From assembly GCA_946965045.2 (NCBI GenBank), contig OX337240.1:930001-994000 (forward strand): DNA of 64,000 bases, in the 5' to 3' direction. A model generated the notes under the pieces. That model made no database searches, was not told where the DNA came from, and saw only the letters and a list, made by a program, of their open reading frames with translations. A program made the position numbers and the translations under genes. Every line of letters begins with the position of its first letter. The stretch's first letter is position 1. Positions 55,701 to 64,000 of the stretch are shown piece by piece. This DNA comes from Epithemia pelagica. Its lineage: Eukaryota > Protista > Bacillariophyta.

Positions 55701-56951
55701 TATGGTCTCAAAAGTTCTGCTGCAAGGTGGCGTGATCACATCGCCGCAACGCTCCGCGATATGGGATTTAAGATGTGTCAAGCTGATCCGGACGTATGGC
55801 TTCGAGCGAACACTCGACCATCTGATGGGTTCCAATATTACGAGTATGTTTTGGTCTACATTGATGATCTGCTGATTGTTAGTCATGATCCCAAAACCGT
55901 GATGCAGGACCTGCAGAGGCGCTATACGATCAAGCCCGACAGTATCAAACCACCAGACGAATACTTGGGATCCGAAATACGGCGTTATACCATACCCGAC
56001 ACACAAGATCCGTCGAACCGTGATCGTTGGGCCATGTCCGCTGACAAGTATTGTAAGCGTGCTCTTGCCGAAGTCGAAACGGAACTGGAGAAATCCGGAG
56101 AAAAGCTGAAGTCCAAAGTGACGACGCCGATCGCCGATGGATATCGCCCGGAATTGGATGCGACTCCTGAACTCGACGCAAGACGTGCGAACTATTACCA
56201 AGGACTGATTGGTATTCTCCGTTGGATTGTTGAACTCGGTCGTATCGACATTACAACCGCAGTCTCCCATATGTCCCGTTTTATGGCGAATCCACGAGAA
56301 GGACATCTCGAGCAAACGTTACACATCTTCGCGTATCTGAAGAAATACGATAAATCCTCCATTGTGTTCGATGACACAACCCCTGACTTCGACGAGTCAC
56401 GTTTTACCCGACCGGATTGGTCTGAGTATTATCCTGATGCTGCCGAGCCAATTCCGCCAAACGCACCAGCACCGCGTGGAAACGCTGTCACCACGACTTG
56501 CTTTGTCGATGCTGATCATGCTGGATGTCGTGTCACACGGCGCTCTCAAACAGGAGTCCTACTGTTCTTGCAACGAGCACCGATCATGTGGTATTCAAAA
56601 CGACAAAACACTGTTGAGACGTCTACATTTGGCAGTGAGTTCGTGGCGATGAAGACTGCCATTGAAATGATTGAAGCATTTCGTTATAAGTTGCGAATGA
56701 TGGGTATCCCGTTGGATGGAGAGACGAATGTGTTTTGCGACAATGAATCTGTGTTTAAAAACTCGACGCAGCCGGAATCAGTCCTAAAGAAGAAGCACAA
56801 CGCAATTGCTTATCATCGGACTCGTGAAGCGCAAGCCGCTGGACTTGTGCGCATTGCATGGGAAGAAGGTGAAACGAATCTTGCCGATATCCTAACCAAA
56901 CTGCTACCCGGACCTCGATTGCGATTCCTGGCCCAACGTATCATGTGGTAG
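52725..56951 (+). CDS. pol: Copia Pol (protease-integrase-RT-RNase H), in frame with gag after a single TGA
   Basis: ELDSHADT; FSDEMF..VSDGA..QNAAEASIRELK; YSSVVSRDS..YIDD; FVDADHAG..FCDNES..ADILTK. Confidence 0.95.
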   Translation, partial: WSVPCVSAAEAVKLDKTNLIVQSNTHVGTHYSYSERFAHRLCAMNTDEYGVETIELTCELDSHADTCAVGRDFVMLSEAHRYISVHPFAEEYNPLTNVPIATVATVWTDSENQSYLLVIHQALFLGDRMGSSLLCPNQMRAHGIVVNDVPKQFDPHSTHSIHVPDADLTIPLTMAGVISGFATRKPTSDELEHLPQVVLTADSPWQPRSTAFADAEEKLGVAAATVVRNGDPNSIAASSIPRLIKAVQTYQHAFANPSPDLDADAQGDDLYERLIATVTVHPEKEEPDVVPEDKRERRLYMIKTANESSPADPAGKGVLDAAVLSQRWGIGLPKAKNTLKVTTQAGVRNVLIPSERKVRKKAPWLKFPNVKGRWFSDEMFAKEVSLNGDTGASIFTDGKGFDHVYPWKSKKQHPEGLMSLIHNVGIPQTMVSDGARELFLGKSHEICNEYRIKMEKTVPYSPWQNAAEASIRELKKGVVKIMRTTGAPQRLWSYALKWCSHVRQLTASDIPELDGRTPFEHVIGSTPDISPLAMFQFYQPVYYRMPMAQFPFEKRLIGRWLGLADDCTDDMAYEILTQEGNHVTRKDVWAIPEDDLKNPTIHQQLLDYDVAIQTQMKEPPSDGTTESDPHPDLFDEGELLEPLFPEAESDAYTPEELDEYLTAEVMLPRGGESARAKIIGRTKDAHGRPIGERDANPILDTRYYDVQFPDGSVESYATNMIAENLYSQVDPEGNAFNTLKAIVGHRSDETAVKRTDASFLDGTSHHTTKGWELQCELSDQSTVWLPLKDIKNGNMIEVAEYAVSTGIAKEPAFAWWVPRALRKRDRIIKKVKSRYWKRTHKYGIELPHSVEEALAIDRRRGTDFWRKAIEKEMKNVGIAFEFPADGEVPSGYKHIPCHMVFDIKSDLRRKARLVAGGHKTDPPKESTYSSVVSRDSVRIAFTIAALNGLDVLVGDVQNAYLNAPTKEKTYTTAGLEFGPDKVGQPALIVRALYGLKSSAARWRDHIAATLRDMGFKMCQADPDVWLRANTRPSDGFQYYEYVLVYIDDLLIVSHDPKTVMQDLQRRYTIKPDSIKPPDEYLGSEIRRYTIPDTQDPSNRDRWAMSADKYCKRALAEVETELEKSGEKLKSKVTTPIADGYRPELDATPELDARRANYYQGLIGILRWIVELGRIDITTAVSHMSRFMANPREGHLEQTLHIFAYLKKYDKSSIVFDDTTPDFDESRFTRPDWSEYYPDAAEPIPPNAPAPRGNAVTTTCFVDADHAGCRVTRRSQTGVLLFLQRAPIMWYSKRQNTVETSTFGSEFVAMKTAIEMIEAFRYKLRMMGIPLDGETNVFCDNESVFKNSTQPESVLKKKHNAIAYHRTREAQAAGLVRIAWEEGETNLADILTKLLPGPRLRFLAQRIMW

Positions 56952-57073
56952 CACCCCTTTTAGATCCAAAATGGGATCGCCCCCTTTTGAAGAATAGTCC
57001 GACGTACTGGACCGGCCTCTGCTGACATGACGAACTAAACGAAGTTGCCCACCCCGATTTTGTTCGCGGGGAC

Positions 57074-57313
57074 TGAATAAATAATCACGGGCGCCCCCTT
57101 TGTAACCTACGAAGGGCCTCGCCATGCCTCGCTACGCACCGCCTGGCATCGCCCGGCCCCTAGTTATGTGTTCGCTAGTGGGTACCGTGGTCGCTATTTG
57201 GCCCCTACGTGAGCGATTTGCCCCCAAAGGGCACCCCTAGTTTAGTCATCATAATTTCTGATAGTTTGATTGTTGCAAGCCGTATATTGCGTCTGGCCGT
57301 CAGTTTTTATTCA
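57074..57313 (+). repeat. 3' LTR
   Basis: Identical to the 5' LTR. Confidence 0.97.
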
Positions 57314-57625
57314 GCGTACTTTATGACTTTCCTTGGTCCAAGTCCCTCTTCTCTTCGCCATGTACTTTCCTTTCCCTAAGTCCTCACCAAAAAGTACCTA
57401 TATTTTCCTGTACCACCTTAAGTACCCCACCGCAAGTACCGCTCATCTTATCGCTTCCTTGTAAGTACCCATCGCAAGTACTTGCTAATTTTTCCGATAC
57501 TTTAAGTAACCGTATCAAGTACTACCCACCCCCCTGTGTTACTTAAAGCACCAGAAGTAAGTACTCTTAATGGTATTCTACTACTTCTAAGTCCATAGAT
57601 ACGTCTCTGAATCCTAGAAGTACCC
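57314..57625. repeat. Left subterminal (AA)GTAC motif array of the hAT element
   Basis: Roughly ten GTAC cores, mostly as AAGTAC, e.g. cgcaagtacc, gtaagtaccc, cgcaagtactt. Confidence 0.75.
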
Positions 57626-57839
57626 ACATTCTCTCATTCTTCTCTCACGCTTCGCACGCACGTAAATCTTTTTGACAGCACATGAGTGATCATCGCCATT
57701 GCCTCATATACATACACACATTCACCTTTCACCTCTGTTGCATCTTCATCCATCGCTCTCTGTTGTGAGTCTCATTTTTTTCGACAGCAGCCAACAGCCA
57801 ACATCCAACAGCCAACCAGTCCAATCGATTCAGTTCACC

Positions 57840-59348
57840 ATGGCCCCTCGTCAGAAAAAATCCAAAGCAACCCGTGCCGCTGAGAAGAAGCAATCCGAGA
57901 AGGTTCATGCCGAAAAGCAGAAAGCCCACCGCTCTTTCCTCCAAAGCGAAAAGGACATTGTTCCTAAGTTCCAACAGCCGCCGCCCGATCATTTTGGTCA
58001 CCAAAACTTGTCACCCCTTTGGAAATTCGCTGTGCACATCGACTGGCCCCAATTCTCAAATTTTATTTCCTCACATGACCCACAAAACCTTGAAATGTAC
58101 AAAGGATTCCAACGCATCAATGACACGTTCAAGGCCGCACAAGAAGAACAGGAGCAACTTGCAAAGAAGTCCTCTCCCAACAAAACTGAGAAGCTACTTC
58201 CTTTTTCCGTCGTCACTAAGAGATGTGTTCTATGTCCTCTCTGCCTACAAAACCCAGACACTCCTTTGAGCAACGCTATCATCATGCTAAGTCGTAGCAG
58301 GCCCTCCAACATCAAGCAACATACAGACAGTACTGGGGGAACGTCCACGGATACAGGCAATGTGGCGAAACAGGCAACCGAGGTCCAGGCAAGCGAGGTC
58401 GGAAACACTGATGATACACCGTCCAATACACAGGATACTGATACGTCATATGCATCAGCAATCGGTAATGAGAAGAAGAAGACTCTGCATTTGTTCGAAG
58501 ACACGGAGCAAGCCGAGTATCTTCTCAACATTTTGCTAATGAAAGCCACCAAGGCTTTGGACGACTTCAACTCCAAAGCGAAGAAGTCGTCTGAACAAGA
58601 CCCTCTTGCAACGAACTCTCCCGATCCAACCTATGAATATTTCCCTGATCTGGGCGACGGAGAAGGGGAAGCCGAAGTTCCCATGACAGCTGACGACATT
58701 CAAGTGGTGAAGATTGACTTGTCGGATGTAAGTGACAATGAGGAGGACAAATCCGTTGTCGAAGATGAAGATATTGACAACGACGAGGCCATAACTTTTC
58801 ATCTACGAGAAGAAATCGAACGGCTCGATTGCTTAGAGAAATCAAGAAAACTGGCAACGGAAGAAAAGAAGAAAAGAGCGGCAAGCAAAGACAAAGACAA
58901 AGGCACGAATGTTGAGCCGACTACTGGAACAAGTAGGAGTGGTTCAAAGAAGAGAAAAGCGAATGAGACACCACCTGTCCAAAAGAAAGCAAAACAAACC
59001 AAACTCAAGTCCACAGGTTCCAAAAGCGGGTCTAAGAAAAAACCATCATCCCGGATAAAGTCCAAAGAGGATAGAGAATCACAGTCAGTCCGACGCTCAC
59101 CGAGGGCAAAGAAGAAGAAAGGTGCGACTCCTGAGTCGGCGGTACGGGTTCAAGATTCAGAGGCCGGCTCTGACACAGAGGAAAATGTGGCAAGTAACCT
59201 GGAGCATATGTTGAATGAAGTCGTCGGTGATAGCCACGGTGAGGAAAATGATTCAGACGCAGAGTATAGTAACGAAGGCGAGAGGGATGACACGGGCGAT
59301 AACGACAATAGGGAAGAAGATGAGGCCGAAGATTCAGCGAGTGAATGA
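57840..59348 (+). CDS. BED-zinc-finger-like protein; probable internally deleted hAT transposase
   Basis: CVLCPLCLQN..LSRSRPSNIKQH (CxxC..SNxxxH) followed by an acidic/basic low-complexity tail. No DDE core was recognised. Likely start is MAPRQKK at 57840. Confidence 0.55.
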   Translation: MAPRQKKSKATRAAEKKQSEKVHAEKQKAHRSFLQSEKDIVPKFQQPPPDHFGHQNLSPLWKFAVHIDWPQFSNFISSHDPQNLEMYKGFQRINDTFKAAQEEQEQLAKKSSPNKTEKLLPFSVVTKRCVLCPLCLQNPDTPLSNAIIMLSRSRPSNIKQHTDSTGGTSTDTGNVAKQATEVQASEVGNTDDTPSNTQDTDTSYASAIGNEKKKTLHLFEDTEQAEYLLNILLMKATKALDDFNSKAKKSSEQDPLATNSPDPTYEYFPDLGDGEGEAEVPMTADDIQVVKIDLSDVSDNEEDKSVVEDEDIDNDEAITFHLREEIERLDCLEKSRKLATEEKKKRAASKDKDKGTNVEPTTGTSRSGSKKRKANETPPVQKKAKQTKLKSTGSKSGSKKKPSSRIKSKEDRESQSVRRSPRAKKKKGATPESAVRVQDSEAGSDTEENVASNLEHMLNEVVGDSHGEENDSDAEYSNEGERDDTGDNDNREEDEAEDSASE

Positions 59349-59400
59349 AATTGTGAAGGGTAGTGTACGAAGTACCGTAAAAATCTATATATTAGAAGAA

Positions 59401-61032
59401 TTAGTGTTTGCCATATGCCTTCAGCATTTTGAGAAAAACAGATTTCAACAGATCCGAAGCCTTCTCCTCCAATAGGCTGAAGAGAGATGGCTGTGTATCA
59501 GGATTTTGAATGAGCTGACCAAACGCCCCAAAAAGAGGATTGATAAGATGCCATTTGGATTTAGGCAGCCATTGTTCAATGCACTTGGAACAGAGGAGAC
59601 TGTCATTTGCAAGTGGTGGCACCCATTTGAGTGCCTCACACCAGCGAATGACGTGGACATCCGAAGGAATTCCGTCCATTCGACCGAATGCACTTGAGAC
59701 AATGATCTGTGCTGTCTTGTATCCAATTCCGAATAAAGAGGTGAGTTCTCGAATGGATATATCAGATGGAATGCGGCCTTTGTGTTTGACAACAAAATAA
59801 GATGCCGCATGTACAATTCTTTCTGCATTTTGGTGGAATCGACCAACTGGAGAAATGAGGGCACAAAAGGCATCCATTCCAATCCGCTGTGATACCTCTA
59901 TTACACCCTCCGCTGATGTAAGTCCACTAGAAAACATTTGTGGAATGAATGCCGCCAATTGACTGTCGGTGGTGCTGGAGCTCATAAGAATTATAATGAG
60001 ACACATTAAAGCTTTGTCGGCAAGCTTGTCTGTTGCCCCACAATCCATCCAGTCCTCCCAAGCGTCCCTTGGAGAATGTAGCCCAGACATCTTAGCTATC
60101 TCGTGGAATTCTTTCAGATCTTCAATGAGAGTCACTCTGTCAGCAATGATTGAATCAGTAGGACGTAGAGGTAGATTGGGACAGGAAATTCTGCATGGGG
60201 ATATTTTGAATGGGTCTCCGTGTTTGAAACGACGACCGTCATCGTAGTGTGGCTTTGTCCGTGATTTGGAACTCAGTAAAATGTCCTGAGAAAGTAGATG
60301 ATTTTGTTGTCGAGTTTGATATTCATGTCGAGACGGACTGGAGTGGCGACTGAACTTGTTGTTGGAAGCCGTGGAGGTTCTTGCGTCTTGAGATACCCTT
60401 GTGGTATCGATTTGCCGTCCAATATATTGGGATAGAAGTGGAAATATACTCTCCAGTGACTTAGGCTCCATTGATTTACCAGAATTGTTGTCCGTTACAA
60501 GGAAATGAGCTTGGTTGCGTTGGATCCAAAAGAGAATCAGGTCGGTAATGGAGTCTTCGGGAAAATCATTTGTCTCTCCAACGACGAACGATGTGCATTC
60601 CGAACAACCTTTGCATTCACAAACGGCAAACTGAGGTATGCATTTCAATTCAAGTATGATGTTGGCGGGGTCCATGCTTTCTGAAATGGATACAAGGTTT
60701 TCATCGTCTTCTCCATTCAGCCACTGAAGCATATGAGAACCGACTTGATGAAGGACTTTTTCGAAGGTGTATTGAAAAATGATACACGGATGATTGTTTT
60801 CACATGGGATTGAAACATCAATCCATCGCTGTTGGCGGATCAACCAGGAAGCTGTGGCGGTAAGAATGGATTGTAATTGCTCTTTGGGTGGTGATAATAT
60901 GCACGATGTCAGACAGTCTGCGATGAAATAAGCGTAGGACTGACAGCAGATCAGGGAGGACTGTATGCCACAGGTCGAGGTAAAGTGAAGAATGGAGTTG
61001 TCACTGTCACCTTCGTGTTGGATGATCGACAT
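59401..61032 (-). CDS. Endonuclease III (Nth)-like HhH-GPD DNA glycosylase/AP lyase lacking the FeS cluster
   Basis: LIIILMSSSTTD, LISPVGRFHQNAERI, HhH ELTSLFGIGYKTA, GIPSDVHVIR and WHLINPLFGAFGQ. The catalytic K and D are 19 residues apart. There is no C-terminal CX6CX2CX5C. Confidence 0.88.
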   Translation of the reverse strand: MSIIQHEGDSDNSILHFTSTCGIQSSLICCQSYAYFIADCLTSCILSPPKEQLQSILTATASWLIRQQRWIDVSIPCENNHPCIIFQYTFEKVLHQVGSHMLQWLNGEDDENLVSISESMDPANIILELKCIPQFAVCECKGCSECTSFVVGETNDFPEDSITDLILFWIQRNQAHFLVTDNNSGKSMEPKSLESIFPLLSQYIGRQIDTTRVSQDARTSTASNNKFSRHSSPSRHEYQTRQQNHLLSQDILLSSKSRTKPHYDDGRRFKHGDPFKISPCRISCPNLPLRPTDSIIADRVTLIEDLKEFHEIAKMSGLHSPRDAWEDWMDCGATDKLADKALMCLIIILMSSSTTDSQLAAFIPQMFSSGLTSAEGVIEVSQRIGMDAFCALISPVGRFHQNAERIVHAASYFVVKHKGRIPSDISIRELTSLFGIGYKTAQIIVSSAFGRMDGIPSDVHVIRWCEALKWVPPLANDSLLCSKCIEQWLPKSKWHLINPLFGAFGQLIQNPDTQPSLFSLLEEKASDLLKSVFLKMLKAYGKH

Positions 61033-61194
61033 GGTGTTGATTTCTTCTACAACAACAAATAGGGAGAATGATGAATAGTAAGTGCTGCTTTGTGATGACC
61101 GGCTGTATGCTGTATGGTGTGAGTGAGCGTTAGGTTGGATTGGTGTTACTGGTCTACCAGCTAAATGTGTGCTCTTAGAGTGATGGGGATTATG

Positions 61195-61607
61195 ATATGG
61201 TACCTACTGGTAAGTGGAAAGTAACGACTTGAAGTATGTACTTGGGTACTTAAAAGTATGTACTTATGGTTGTCTGTAAGTACATAGACGTGATGTATAA
61301 GGGTACTTGACTTGTAGAAAGTACGGAAGATGAATGGTATCGTGCAAATGTACTTACGGTAATGTAAGTACCTGACATGTGTCTGGTAGATGTGCTTAAG
61401 CTAAGTCAAGTAAGTAGAGCTCTAATGAAACATGTACTAATCAAAAGTAAAGTACACACATTATTCTGGAGTGACGTACAACTGAATAAGTATATGAAAT
61501 TAAGTACAGCCACTGATTAGATGTACTTAAAGTAGTAGTAAGCAAGTACATTGTACAGGTTGAGCCATACTTAAAGTATAGACTGCAAGTAGATGGTGCT
61601 AGTGTGC
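61195..61607. repeat. Right subterminal GTAC(TT) motif array of the hAT element
   Basis: More than ten GTAC cores, many as GTACTT, the inverse of the left array. Confidence 0.75.
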
Positions 61608-61996
61608 GTACTTCACAACCCTGATCTATTGTACTGATTGATGGTCCTAAGCGGCCGAACCGCTGAGATAGTGGTGGGTGCGATTGTAAACGGTGTGTAC
61701 AAATGGAGCAGCGAGCAGCGGTGCAAATCCTGTACGCTCGAGGATGGCTCGCTGGGTTATACGTGGAATTGGGTGGATGAGGCGGTCTCTCCGTAGCCCG
61801 TACCTGCCTTTTCTAAAATTGCTACCTAGACAACGATAGCTACCTTATTACCGGTTTTGACCCCGTTCTTTTCCTATCGTTCTGCGTTAACAACTCTACT
61901 CTATTTGCTATAACCATCCGCATTTTTTTATGTTCTATAACCGCTCGACACATAAAATACACGATAATCACACGTTTCCAAGAGTTCCGATAATGC

Positions 61997-64000
61997 CAAA
62001 ATATGGCTATGGTATTGGGCGAAATTTAGCGATAGTTTAGGCCTCTAAGCTTGAGGCATGTGATAGACACAATTTTATTTTCGAGTCACTATCATGCGCG
62101 TATTTTGGTTTATCAGACCCAAGACTCTGCGATTACGGTAAAGCTATGGCACAATGGCCTGGGAAGGTCGCGAAATATCTGGATCGTAGTAATACCGATC
62201 CGCCCAAAGGTCGACCAAAGATGTCGTCTACTAGTCTCGTTGAATATCCGGCCTGCAACGGGGTTTGGACCGGACTAGTTTACAGATGTGGTCTGCGAGT
62301 GCGCACATCTGGGGCAATGGCGGACGCGCCGGTCTTGGCCGTTGACAAGACAAAGCCTGCTATGCGGTCATGAATATTCTATAAATAGAACATGAACCGA
62401 CGATGCAGCTGTGCATGCTTTCTACCTATGAATCGCCCAAATGAGTAAGTGACCGGTCAATGTGACTGGAAGTTCTAACACACTTCCGAATACGTGAAAG
62501 TCCCAATTGCACCTTGCATTGAAAAGCTAATAAGAACAAGAACCAACCATGGCCGATCCTGCTCCACCGACCGCTCAAGAGCTCCTTCAAGAACTGAATG
62601 GATACATGGAAAACACTCTCTTGATTGGACAACAGGCAGTCCCAGATGCCCCTAATTCACAGGGCCTTACATCCGTTGGCGATTTCCGCGGGCTCAAGGA
62701 AGAGGACATCGCTGAAATCTGTGCTAACGCAAGAAAGCCAGGTGGAACGATCCCTAACCCTGCCTATGATGCTGCCAATCCAGTTGCTGGTATCCCCGCG
62801 ACGATTATGAACCCAGGAGTTTTAGTCGGACATGTCTTGGAGAAACGGTTGAAAATGTTTGGCTATTTCGTTCAGTACTTGACCAAAGTTGGCCGTACGT
62901 TTAGCCCAGGAGCAGCAACCTTGGACACGGTACAGAATCTTTACCGTTTGAAAGAAGCAGATGACGAGTACGATAATGACATCGAACTTCCGGAAAAGTT
63001 GTCGAATGTCGAGAATATCCGAGTTGTCCTGGAGGATTTGGACGACTACTTGGAAAGAAAGAGAGGTGTGACTATGATTCCGTTGGCAGCTTATACTCGT
63101 TCGATGCCGACTCCTCAATCTTGACCCAGGACTCGGATCTCCTACATACTTGCGAGAACTCATTCGACGTGCACCACACACTGGTGCCACAGCAGTTGCT
63201 GACAAGGAAGCAGTATGGGACGTCATACGTCACATAACTCATGATGGCCCCGGATGGGGTTGGGTCCAAGCCTTCAGCAGAAGCCGGGATGGAAGAGGAG
63301 CATACATCGCTTTGAAAAGTCATTACTTTGGTGATGCTTTCCAATCTCGATTGCGTGCAAAGGCTGATCAAGTGCTTGAATCGACCTATTATGATGGAAC
63401 AAAAAGGAACTATACCTACGAAAGGTATATTGAGTCACTTCAAAGGGCCTTTACGGACCTTGAGTCTACAGGCGAAGTGGTCAGTAATGAAAGAAAAGTG
63501 AGAGTTTTACTCTTAGGGGTCGCTGATTCCAGGTTGGAGAGTGCTAAGAATACGATATTGGCCACTCCTGCTTTGAGGGCAAACTTCGAGGTGGCTTCGA
63601 ACTATCTTGCTGAAGTCCTTGACAGCAAAGTGTCGTATAGTGCCACCACAAGGAAAGCACGGATCTCGTCCATTCAGTCTAACAAGAATGGCGGCAATGG
63701 AAACAAACGCAATAACGGATACCAGACTCCAACCAAAGGATTTGACCCCAATAAATATTACCCGTTCAGAAAGTGGATTAAATTGTCCAAAGAACAGCAG
63801 CAAATGGTCCGAGAAGCAAGGGACGCTGCCAACAGCAGTACGAAGAAGAGGTCTGCTGCGGCCATTCACATAAACAATAAGAACAAGAGAAAAGGCCATG
63901 ATAGTAGTGGTACTTCCACTACCGACGACAATTCTGAGACGACAGGTGACTCCAACGACCAGAATGAGAAAGAACTAGGCGTTGGAGCGATCATGAGCCA
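61997..64000 (+). mobile_element. CoDi Ty1/copia element related to copies A/B, 5' part only (frameshifted gag, runs off window)
   Basis: PBS-like motif at 62107-62121 and a leader homologous to A/B. gag 62549-63124 is frameshifted near 63100 and continues DPGLGSPTY..HDGPGWGWV..YIESLQRAFTDLE..GVGAIMS. Confidence 0.85.

Larger units (their letters stand above)
49914..57313 (+). mobile_element. Full-length young CoDi Ty1/copia LTR retrotransposon (7400 bp)
   Basis: Two identical 240-bp LTRs (TGAATAAA..TTTATTCA), PBS-like motif at 50154, PPT-like GCGGGGAC before 57074, and gag followed by PR-IN-RT-RH. Confidence 0.97.
49860..61623. mobile_element. hAT-type TIR element (11,764 bp including nested LTR element) carrying a BED-finger ORF and an HhH-GPD glycosylase
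   Basis: Perfect 16-bp TIR CAGGGTTGTGAAGTAC (49860-49875) / GTACTTCACAACCCTG (61608-61623). 8-bp TSD ATCTATTG (49852-49859, 61624-61631). Empty site at 36374. Confidence 0.92.

Noticed and set aside
57314-57625. CRISPR-like array
   Set aside because: The motifs are only 4-8 bp and irregularly spaced, with no repeat-spacer periodicity or cas genes; the context is eukaryotic.
59401-61032. Calling the glycosylase a DEMETER/ROS1 orthologue
   Set aside because: It lacks the FeS motif and the DME-specific domains, and its core is Nth-like. 5mC activity is only a hypothesis.
57314-61607. Link between the GTAC arrays and a PabI-like GTAC-specific restriction glycosylase
   Set aside because: PabI-family enzymes have a HALFPIPE fold, and this protein is HhH-GPD/Nth-like. 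The arrays are adequately explained as hAT subterminal transposase-binding repeats.
594-63899. Numerous short or antisense ORFs in the six-frame track (e.g. 9738-10571, 16313-16981, 17290-18057, 51366-51920, 55698-56315)
   Set aside because: They are shadows overlapping well-supported genes on the other strand or frame, with no independent motifs.

Overview
Eukaryotic nuclear DNA, most likely from a pennate diatom (inferred from CoDi-type Ty1/copia elements, short GT-AG introns and bipartite 'AF'-type presequences). Bases 1-19.6 kb hold host genes: Tudor-like/tandem-BRCT, a disrupted DUF1295 gene, F-box-like, a TPR-methyltransferase ending in KDEL, and 5-oxoprolinase. The same stretch also has an HNH nuclease gene and an apparently intact two-ORF PIF/Harbinger transposon. 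Bases 19.6-64 kb are a rearranged TE nest built on a ~13.5 kb tandem duplication. Each unit contains a decayed CoDi copia element whose gag is partly replaced by a Transib/Chapaev/RAG1-like transposase gene, a Harbinger-type MITE, a patchwork of local gene fragments, and a Crinkler-like REase+kinase gene (3 paralogues in total). The second unit carries an 11.8 kb hAT-type element with 16-bp TIRs, an 8-bp TSD, and its empty site visible in unit 1. This element holds a BED-finger ORF and an intact endonuclease III-like HhH-GPD DNA glycosylase, and is interrupted by a young full-length copia element with identical LTRs and gag-UGA-pol in one frame. Best candidates for new biology: the glycosylase-carrying hAT element, the RAG1/Transib-like transposase, the in-frame UGA at gag-pol in two CoDi families, and the mosaic CR-type nuclease genes. 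All protein family calls are from motif recognition by eye; no database searches were run.
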